Shown here piece after piece: positions 1 to 7,109 of a stretch of DNA of 31,768 nucleotides. The position numbers were made by a program, and so were the translations under genes. The DNA comes from Gammaproteobacteria bacterium. Its GTDB lineage: Bacteria > Pseudomonadota > Gammaproteobacteria > GCF-002020875. Numbering within the stretch: position 1 is the first letter of the stretch; each line of letters starts with the position of its first letter. The stretch spans positions 1 through 31,768 of the forward strand of contig JABHIC010000005.1 of NCBI GenBank assembly GCA_018671205.1, written 5' to 3'. Below the pieces are notes generated by a model. It saw only the letters and a list, made by a program, of their open reading frames with translations, searched no databases and was not told the origin of the DNA.

Positions 1-203
1 GACGCTTCTCTCTCTCCCAGAGAGTTTTACGGGCACGCTGACAGGCAGATTTAGAGCAGTAGCTCTGGGTGGGGTTTTGGGGGCGATAGTGAAAATGATC
101 ACCACAGTGGGCGCAGGATTTGGTATCGGTACACATCGGTAAATCCAGTATTGGAAATACCGTAAGTGTGCTCCTCTATCTGTGTGGGGTTAGAGGAAGA
201 GAA

Positions 204-285
204 GGTGGGTCAGTTTGAACGAGCACCAACAGTAGGTGGGTCAACTTCGTGAGCACTGGGTGGGTCAATCTTTGTGAGTGCTAAA
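204..285. repeat. Three GGTGGGTCA-core direct repeats resembling IS21-family terminal repeats (remnant)
   Basis: GGTGGGTCA at 204, 235 and 259, each followed by a GAG(C/T)(A/G)C motif. Copy 1 (GGTGGGTCAGTTTGAACGAGCACCAACA) ends in CA. Its reverse complement TGTTGG...AAACTGACCCACC resembles IS21-family ends from memory. No transposase in the window. Confidence 0.4.
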
Positions 286-335
286 GCCTTTGAGGCTACA
301 AGGTTCAATCTGAAGAGGTTATGGGGGTGTGTTTG

Positions 336-423
336 TGTTAAGGGTTGCCAGACATCTACCCCCTAACCACCTGCTGCCCCAAAACGGATATCTGTAAGGG
401 TAGATGACTGGCAACCCTTAACA
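336..423. repeat. 88-bp element with 26-bp terminal inverted repeats (MITE-like or long hairpin)
   Basis: Arms 336-361 (TGTTAAGGGTTGCCAGACATCTACCC) and 398-423 (GGGTAGATGACTGGCAACCCTTAACA) are reverse complements with one mismatch, around a 36-nt loop. Element starts TG and ends CA. Confidence 0.75.
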
Positions 424-701
424 AAAGCGGCCCTCTAAGATGGTGATGAAGATCTGGAGGTGGCAGTCAGCACCTGACTCTTGGACTAAACCGCTATCGC
501 GGTAGGAGGATTGGCCACCCGAAGTCTGCCTGCCGGGGGCTTGAGCCACTTGGAAGTAACTGTCGATGCAAGTGTGTGCTTTTTTCAAAAGAGAATCTCA
601 ATAGGGCAGAAAAATGGCCCAAATCATCCCATAGATTGCTAGTGAAAGGTTGTTAGTTCATTTATGCAGTATTTTATAACTATTCTTACAAGGGGTAAGC
701 A

Positions 702-1217
702 ATGAAAAAGCAAGTCATTAATTTATTACTACTAATAAGTGTTACTATTTTCCAAGTAACGTTAGCAGCAGGAATGGATAAGGGAGAAGTCAAGCGGATA
801 ATCATCCAAGAAGCGCAAAAAGAGAGGGTGTCCCCTGCACTTGCTCTGGCTGTTGCCAAAGTGGGTTCAGATTTTCAGCACTATACACTGGGTATTTATG
901 GTGAGCGAGGGGTTATGCAGCTCCCAAGAATAGGTCAACAGCTAACGATGGAAGAGAATGTCTCATCGGGAGTGAAGAAGCTTGCAAAACTGATGCGTGC
1001 GCATCGTCAAGATACTGAAAGAGCGCTTGAGGAATATAAAGAGGGGTGGGTTATTGGTATGACCCCAGAGCAGGTAGATAGATTCGTGGAGAAAGTACTG
1101 AGGTGGGAGATGATTTACCATAACCAACAAATAACTTGGAATAATGGAAAATATCACCAGAACTTGAGTTATCTGGATGATCCATCTATTAATAAAAGCT
1201 GGACCCGTGAATGGTAG
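702..1217 (+). CDS. Exported SLT-family lytic transglycosylase-like protein, catalytic Glu apparently lost
   Basis: Signal peptide. ALAVAKVGSDF and RGVMQL match SLT motifs I and II, but the usual E-S is G-S (codon GGT). Similar to the SLT at 19672. Confidence 0.7.
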   Translation: MKKQVINLLLLISVTIFQVTLAAGMDKGEVKRIIIQEAQKERVSPALALAVAKVGSDFQHYTLGIYGERGVMQLPRIGQQLTMEENVSSGVKKLAKLMRAHRQDTERALEEYKEGWVIGMTPEQVDRFVEKVLRWEMIYHNQQITWNNGKYHQNLSYLDDPSINKSWTREW

Positions 1218-1233
1218 AGCAGCAAGGAAGAAC

Positions 1234-2688
1234 GTGTCATTGAATAGAAGTTTTAAAAGCCTGCTAAGTTACCCAGTAGCCAGCGTACTGCTTTGCCTTC
1301 TAACTGGGTCAGGGGTGGCCGCAGATAGCAAATATATAAGCCAATCATTGCTTGAAGCGAGCCAGCATGGCCATGAAAAAGTAAAGGTCATCGCAATGAT
1401 GAAAGCTCCTTCAAAAAATAGGCCACGAGGTTGGGTTGGTTTTAACGACTATGTAAAGCAACTTCAAGATCAAGCTATTAATGAACTGGGGTGGGTTAAT
1501 CTAAACCAAATGATTCGTTATGCAAATATCCCTGCATTGGCAATGTCAGTTGACCAGCAGCAACTTCAAAGTATGGTAACGGCTCAAACTATAGCAGGGG
1601 TTTATCAGGATAGAGTAGAGAAGGTCTCTTTACAAAACTCTATCCCGGCAGTTGGCAGCCAAAAAGTCTGGAAGCAAGGTATTCAGGGTAGTGGGCAGAC
1701 TGTGGCTGTCTTGGATACGGGAGTCGATGCAAATCACCCTTTTTTGCGTGAGCAAGTGATAGAAGAGGCCTGTTTTTCAAGTAACAGTAAAGACTCAGTC
1801 ACCTTGTGTCCGAATAGAAAGGAAAAACAGCTCGGTATGGGGGCTGCAAAGCCATGTGAAAAAGGGTGTGAACATGGCACTCATGTTGCGGGGATTGTCG
1901 CAGGAAATGGGGCCTCATTTACTGGAGTGGCTCCCAAGTCAAAAATACTGGCAGTACAGGTTTTTCATGCAGAAAAAGGGTGTGACAAGAGAGAGAAAGA
2001 CTGTGTTACTGGTGCCTACCTATCTGATATTCTTCAAGGGCTGGACTGGGTTTACAGTAAGCGCTACCAATATAATATTGCGGCGGTAAACTTGAGTTTG
2101 GGAGGCGGGAAGTTTGAAGCAAGCTGTGATCGTGAAAGTTGGCCCTACGCCGTCATGATTGATCTGCTGAAACAGGCCAACATTGCAACCGTAGTAGCCA
2201 GCGGTAATGAATCCTTTGAAAATAGCCTGAATAGCCCGGCGTGTGTTACAGAAGCAGTAAGTGTAGGGGCATATAATGGTGCTGGAGGAGTAGCATCATT
2301 CTCCAATAGTTCGCCATTTTTGGATCTGTTGGCTCCAGGGCAAGCGATACATTCATCTATTCCAGGGCTCCGATTTGCAAAAAAAAGTGGCACCTCAATG
2401 GCTGCGCCACATGTGGCAGGGGCATTTGCACTGATGCGGTCACACAATCAAAAGATAAGCGTTGATGAAATGGTTGATGTAATGATGAAAACTGGGGACC
2501 GGGTTACAGATGCTAAAAATGGTGTAACCACATCTACATTGCGAATAGACAAGGCGCTGGGGGTGGGGCGCACCAAACCAGCAAAGCGCCCGATACTAAC
2601 TGAAGAGAACGATGATTTTGATGGGCTGAAAATTGAGAGAAATAAAACAAAAAATCGAGGAAATGGTTTCCGAACCCTCAATTTTTAA
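1234..2688 (+). CDS. Subtilisin-like S8 serine protease with signal peptide and probable propeptide
   Basis: Intact triad motifs VAVLDTGVD, HGTHVAGIVAG and SGTSMAAPHVAG. Start moved from 1177 to GTG 1234, which follows AAGGAAG and avoids overlap with the upstream gene. Confidence 0.92.
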   Translation: MSLNRSFKSLLSYPVASVLLCLLTGSGVAADSKYISQSLLEASQHGHEKVKVIAMMKAPSKNRPRGWVGFNDYVKQLQDQAINELGWVNLNQMIRYANIPALAMSVDQQQLQSMVTAQTIAGVYQDRVEKVSLQNSIPAVGSQKVWKQGIQGSGQTVAVLDTGVDANHPFLREQVIEEACFSSNSKDSVTLCPNRKEKQLGMGAAKPCEKGCEHGTHVAGIVAGNGASFTGVAPKSKILAVQVFHAEKGCDKREKDCVTGAYLSDILQGLDWVYSKRYQYNIAAVNLSLGGGKFEASCDRESWPYAVMIDLLKQANIATVVASGNESFENSLNSPACVTEAVSVGAYNGAGGVASFSNSSPFLDLLAPGQAIHSSIPGLRFAKKSGTSMAAPHVAGAFALMRSHNQKISVDEMVDVMMKTGDRVTDAKNGVTTSTLRIDKALGVGRTKPAKRPILTEENDDFDGLKIERNKTKNRGNGFRTLNF

Positions 2689-2772
2689 GCCTAATCTTTT
2701 CATAGATTAAGGTGTGCATACTTGGTGTGTGCGGTATGATTTTATAAATGTTAACAAAGTAAGGAGTATGGT

Positions 2773-3720
2773 ATGAAGCAGATATTGAGGACAGCATTAA
2801 CAGTAATGACCAGTGCTGCACTGATGTTGGGGGCTATGGGACTATCTACGGCCACCCAGGCTGCAGGACCTCACGTGATGGTGTTTAGTGATGATGCCGA
2901 TAAAGACACTATCAAGCGCGGTTCTCGGGTCTTTAATCGGGTCTTGAACGAACTCAATAGTGTGTTACACAGTATGGGGTATAACGTCTATGATGAAGCG
3001 GCTGTCTCCTCTAAGGAGTCAATGGATGGCAGTGGTGGCTATGCACAAGGGAGAACTCGCCGCAGTGATGTAGAAATCCTAGATATTGCACGTAGCCAGA
3101 AATCCCCACCGGTTGATGTTGCAGTGCTATTCCAAGTCTATGCCAGTGCAAAAGATATGGACTACACCACCAAAATTAACACTCGCATCTCTGGTCGGAT
3201 GTTGGCAGTCCAGTCTGGACAATTTATGGGGGACTTTGAAGTCACTAACCGTTTTAATGGTCCTGCAGACTGTAATGCTGAGTGTCTGAAAGAGATTGTG
3301 GGAAATAATGCCAAAAAGCTGGCAACGGATCTCGGTGATGCGCTTCGTATCAAGCTCGATGAGATGAGCGGTATGGGTAGCGATAGTGGTAGCTCTCTCT
3401 CTTCTGAAGGGATGAAAAAAGGGTACACGCTTAATTTTAGCCGCTTTAGCAGCGATGAGCGGATGAGAATGGAGGAGTTCCTGGTCAACATCTTCTCCGG
3501 CTATCACCATCTGCGCCCTACCGACTGCTCCAGTATGCACTGTACCTACTGGTATGAGTCTGAACTATCCAGCGCCCACCTCAATCGCAACCTTCGTAGA
3601 ATGTTAGGAGAGGATGAGATGAACATCAAACACCATATCAAGATGAGCGGTAATGAGTTCACCATCGAGAAGATCGCTACCCGTCAGAAGCGTACAACAC
3701 CTCGAAATAGCGGTTGGTAA
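2773..3720 (+). CDS. Exported hypothetical protein (315 aa); C-terminal domain paralogous to 3787-4203
   Basis: AAGGAG RBS and signal peptide ending AQA-like. C-terminal YTLNFSRF...CSSMHCTYWY motif. Confidence 0.75.
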   Translation: MKQILRTALTVMTSAALMLGAMGLSTATQAAGPHVMVFSDDADKDTIKRGSRVFNRVLNELNSVLHSMGYNVYDEAAVSSKESMDGSGGYAQGRTRRSDVEILDIARSQKSPPVDVAVLFQVYASAKDMDYTTKINTRISGRMLAVQSGQFMGDFEVTNRFNGPADCNAECLKEIVGNNAKKLATDLGDALRIKLDEMSGMGSDSGSSLSSEGMKKGYTLNFSRFSSDERMRMEEFLVNIFSGYHHLRPTDCSSMHCTYWYESELSSAHLNRNLRRMLGEDEMNIKHHIKMSGNEFTIEKIATRQKRTTPRNSGW

Positions 3721-3737
3721 GGTCCACATTGTCATGA

Positions 3738-3771
3738 TGTCTCACTGGCTCTTTTTTGATCCAGTGAGACA
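3738..3771. other. Intergenic hairpin, 11-bp perfect stem
   Basis: TGTCTCACTGG (3738-48) pairs with CCAGTGAGACA (3761-71) around a 12-nt loop. Function unknown. Confidence 0.55.
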
Positions 3772-3786
3772 CAATGGAGAAGAATC

Positions 3787-4203
3787 ATGCATCGAATAAA
3801 AACAGTACTGATAGCCATGCTCATGTTGCCGCTCACCGCCTGTGTGACACAGCCAACCGTTAAAGTGGCCTCTGGTGCAAGTGAATATAACCTCACACTG
3901 TTGGGTTTTCAGCAGAGCCAACGCCAGCAGATTGAAGATAAAATAGGTCTCGACCAACTACGTGTAATTGAGTGCTCAACCAACAACTGTGAATACTGGT
4001 ATAGCGGGACCATGACCAGTGGTAAGCTCTACCAAACACTACAAAGAGTGTTGAGCAAACAGCAGCTAAACATCCCATCCAATATCACGTTGCAACAGGG
4101 TAATATCCGTATTGTAAAGATTGCCAGTCGTCGCAATACAACAGCCCCCAAAACCACCCCTAAACCCTCCTCAAGCAAAGGAAGCTGGGTAAATCGCTGG
4201 TAG
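3787..4203 (+). CDS. Putative lipoprotein, hypothetical
   Basis: Lipobox LTAC. YNLTLLGF...CSTNNCEYWY motif shared with the C-terminus of the upstream gene. Confidence 0.75.
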   Translation: MHRIKTVLIAMLMLPLTACVTQPTVKVASGASEYNLTLLGFQQSQRQQIEDKIGLDQLRVIECSTNNCEYWYSGTMTSGKLYQTLQRVLSKQQLNIPSNITLQQGNIRIVKIASRRNTTAPKTTPKPSSSKGSWVNRW

Positions 4204-4254
4204 CTGTAGACCACTGTTTTAACAATCACCTGGCAGAAGTACACCAACTAAGTT

Positions 4255-5418
4255 ATGGCTCTATATCAGGTTATCATTGCAACTACAGAGGGCCCCGTTC
4301 AGCTACTCAGCCTGACTGAAGAGGGCGAAGGGATCGACTCCGTTGTTTGTATTAATCGAACCGTTGAGACCGCCCCAATCAGTCGGGCCTATCACGCCTT
4401 TGTAAAAAAACCTACCGGCCTGATCGAAGAGCAGTTTGGTGGCTCCAGTTATCGTATAGATCTAGACGCTAATATTTCTGCGGGCAGAAGCTGGCAGCTA
4501 GGGGTCTATCTAGCTCACCTGTTGCGAGAACAGGGAAACTTGTCTCATCCAGCAGAGAGCCCCAACCAAGTTTTTTGGGTTACGGGAGAGGTCAATCATG
4601 ATAAAAAAATTCTGCCCATCCATCATATGGGCCAAAAACTGGAACGTTCAACAGCGCTAGTAAAAGAGCTACGTGAGGCGGGTAAGAAAATTCACTTTGT
4701 CATACCAGAGCAGAATTTGCAGGAGGTTATACAAGGTGGTCTTGAAAAGTATAGCCTCAGTGAGAGCGATCTGATACCTGTCTCAAGTCTCAAAGAGCTG
4801 GAGGATTCAGTCAACCAGTTAGAGCAGCTATCTACTACGTCACCAGACCCACTCACAAAAAAAAGGATACCAGGGTGGCAGTTAGCATTGGCAGCAATCT
4901 TGGTATCCGCAGCAGGAATTGCGGGCATCAAAGGCTACTCAACCCCAACATCTCCCACAAAGCCTCAAACCGTACGGTCTCCTGAACCAATACCGATGGT
5001 TAAGCAAATTCTGTTCGCTTGGAAACCAATCTACCGTACACAAGGCCGCTGCAAAACCGACCATCGAGAAAACACACCCTGGAACAGCAATAGCGAACCG
5101 TCACTACCACCTATTGAAGCCAGCCAACTTTGCGCCATCGAGGCGATACCGAGATTGATGATCAATGGTTCTAAAGTTATACCGCTGAAATGGCAACTCA
5201 AACTAAAGGTTAAAAGTAACCAACCCAACAACCCACTATTGAAACAGAGTGGAGAGAGCTACTCAGGGGGCGGGAATGAAGCCGGTTGGTTAATCCCTCT
5301 ATCTTCCCCCGTCATGTCCGATGCAGAACTACACTGGAATATAACGATCAGTGAGGAGAGTCGTGATGAGATACGGCACAGTGTTCGACAAAAAGTAGAA
5401 TATCGGCATCGCTGGTAG
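4255..5418 (+). CDS. Membrane-anchored protein with N-terminal Lon (S16)-like protease domain
   Basis: AGRSWQLG...WVTGEV...KILPI...QKL...FVIPEQN parallels the Lon motifs GPSAG...MTGEI...VLPIGG..EK...LIP.EN. One hydrophobic helix (WQLALAAILVSAAGIAGI) is followed by a C-terminal domain. No AAA+ module. Confidence 0.6.
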   Translation: MALYQVIIATTEGPVQLLSLTEEGEGIDSVVCINRTVETAPISRAYHAFVKKPTGLIEEQFGGSSYRIDLDANISAGRSWQLGVYLAHLLREQGNLSHPAESPNQVFWVTGEVNHDKKILPIHHMGQKLERSTALVKELREAGKKIHFVIPEQNLQEVIQGGLEKYSLSESDLIPVSSLKELEDSVNQLEQLSTTSPDPLTKKRIPGWQLALAAILVSAAGIAGIKGYSTPTSPTKPQTVRSPEPIPMVKQILFAWKPIYRTQGRCKTDHRENTPWNSNSEPSLPPIEASQLCAIEAIPRLMINGSKVIPLKWQLKLKVKSNQPNNPLLKQSGESYSGGGNEAGWLIPLSSPVMSDAELHWNITISEESRDEIRHSVRQKVEYRHRW

Positions 5419-5438
5419 AGCATCCTTAAGAACTAACC

Positions 5439-7094
5439 ATGAATTTTGTTGCTAAACAGACCAAAGCACTCTGGCTCATCACCCTGCTGTTTCTTGTAAT
5501 GCACACAGCCCATGCAAACCCTATGCGAGAGTTGGCTCAGCAACTGTTACAGAGTGTCGAGCCGGGCAAGTCCATTGCACTGCGCCCCATCTTTGAGGGG
5601 GAGACTGCGCTACCACAGCAACTGGCAGATCACTACTACCAACGCCTGCTGGAAGCACTACAACAAAATGGAAAAGCGGTCCGTTTTATAGATCGTAAAC
5701 ATCTCAGGCAGCTACAACAGGAGCAAGAACAGTTCAGTGATGGTGAACTGGATTGGCAGAAACTTGCGGTTGACCTGCTGATCATCCCCCGATTGAATGC
5801 TGAAGCAACGGGAGTGCGGATATCGGCTACACTTGTTTCGGTGAAGAGTGGGGCCACGCTTGCAAGTGGTTCACAATTTTACCCCGGTATGGTGCAGCAG
5901 TTTAATGCACTACCTCTAACAGAAGCCATACATGAACTGGGCCAGCAACTTTTTAACCAATTTAAGGCGATATCACCACCATCGTTGACGGGGGGGAGGG
6001 TAGCTCAGCTGTGCCCCATTATCGAGGCAGAAAGTGGGGTAGTTGGTGCATTTGGTGATGAGTTGGGGAGGCGAGTGATCGATAGCCTCAACCCTCATCT
6101 TTTGAAGCTAGCAAGAGAGCAGCAGCGCAATCAGATGTTGCGAGGTGAGAAACATCAACCATCCCGATCAAATACGCTTTGTCTGAGTGGAACACTACGT
6201 GATCTTGGCGATAGCGTCACCGTGTCACTCAATCTGGAGGGGGTACAAGAGAGCGTCAGCGAGCTGGTGGGTAACCAACATGTAGCGATTCTCAAAAGCA
6301 CAATTCCTGAGTCACTGTTGCCGCTCACCTCTAACCGGGTGGAACAGCAGGGTGGATGGTATAGTGCCGCAGGTTCGGCGGTAGTCTCTGACCAGTTAGA
6401 GCGACAAGATGCCTTGCTGGCAGCACGCAATATGGCGCGAGCACGGATTGTTGCCAACCGATTGGGGCGCTCTGTGCCAGAGAATGGTGTTGCACGAAGC
6501 GCAGCCGATAGTATGGCTGCACTGCAACTGTTGGGAGAGGCTATCCCCTATGATGAAAGTTGGATCAACCCGGATCAGGCAAAGAGCAGCAGGGGTAGTC
6601 ATCTGTCGGTCAAGCTGGAGGCACGGATTAAAACCACGGCCACCCCGCGCCAACTACCGCTACAGGCCACGCTTCTCCCATCGCGTCATCTGCGTGCGGG
6701 TGCCCCCTTCTCTCTAAGATTGCATGGTGCACGTAGTCCACTCTATCTGGGGGTATTTGGATGGTTTTCGGATAATAGTGTGGTTCGACTCTATCCCAGT
6801 CCAGAAAGATTTGAACTGCAAATCAACCCGAACCAGAGAATACAGCTCCCTTCACCATCGGAAATGGAGTTGATAAGTGAACCGCCTCCAGGACAACGCC
6901 GTGCTCAAGAGGCACTGATTATAGCTGCATCGCCTCGCCCAATTGATTTTAATGGCCTGGCTCCGCTGGCTGGAGAGAGTATTACAGAGAGCCAGCAGCT
7001 TGCATCCACCGGAGAATCTTTTTTCAATGCCCTAGCACAGGAGCGACTGGAACAGATGCGATTGATCCTCCTCCCTTATGAGGTCTACCGATAA
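5439..7094 (+). CDS. Exported multidomain protein: FlgO/CsgG-like N-terminus, C-terminal DUF4384-like domain
   Basis: Signal peptide (AHA-NP). PLYLGVFGWFSDNSVVRLYP and QEALIIAAS resemble DUF4384. Paralog of 23231-24973. Domain names are by recognition only. Confidence 0.6.
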   Translation: MNFVAKQTKALWLITLLFLVMHTAHANPMRELAQQLLQSVEPGKSIALRPIFEGETALPQQLADHYYQRLLEALQQNGKAVRFIDRKHLRQLQQEQEQFSDGELDWQKLAVDLLIIPRLNAEATGVRISATLVSVKSGATLASGSQFYPGMVQQFNALPLTEAIHELGQQLFNQFKAISPPSLTGGRVAQLCPIIEAESGVVGAFGDELGRRVIDSLNPHLLKLAREQQRNQMLRGEKHQPSRSNTLCLSGTLRDLGDSVTVSLNLEGVQESVSELVGNQHVAILKSTIPESLLPLTSNRVEQQGGWYSAAGSAVVSDQLERQDALLAARNMARARIVANRLGRSVPENGVARSAADSMAALQLLGEAIPYDESWINPDQAKSSRGSHLSVKLEARIKTTATPRQLPLQATLLPSRHLRAGAPFSLRLHGARSPLYLGVFGWFSDNSVVRLYPSPERFELQINPNQRIQLPSPSEMELISEPPPGQRRAQEALIIAASPRPIDFNGLAPLAGESITESQQLASTGESFFNALAQERLEQMRLILLPYEVYR

Positions 7095-7109
7095 TGATGT
7101 TAAAGTATT

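Noticed and set aside
1-700. Coding sequence or RNA gene in the left 700 bp
   Set aside because: There is no ORF in the track and no recognisable tRNA, rRNA or riboswitch; only the repeats reported above.
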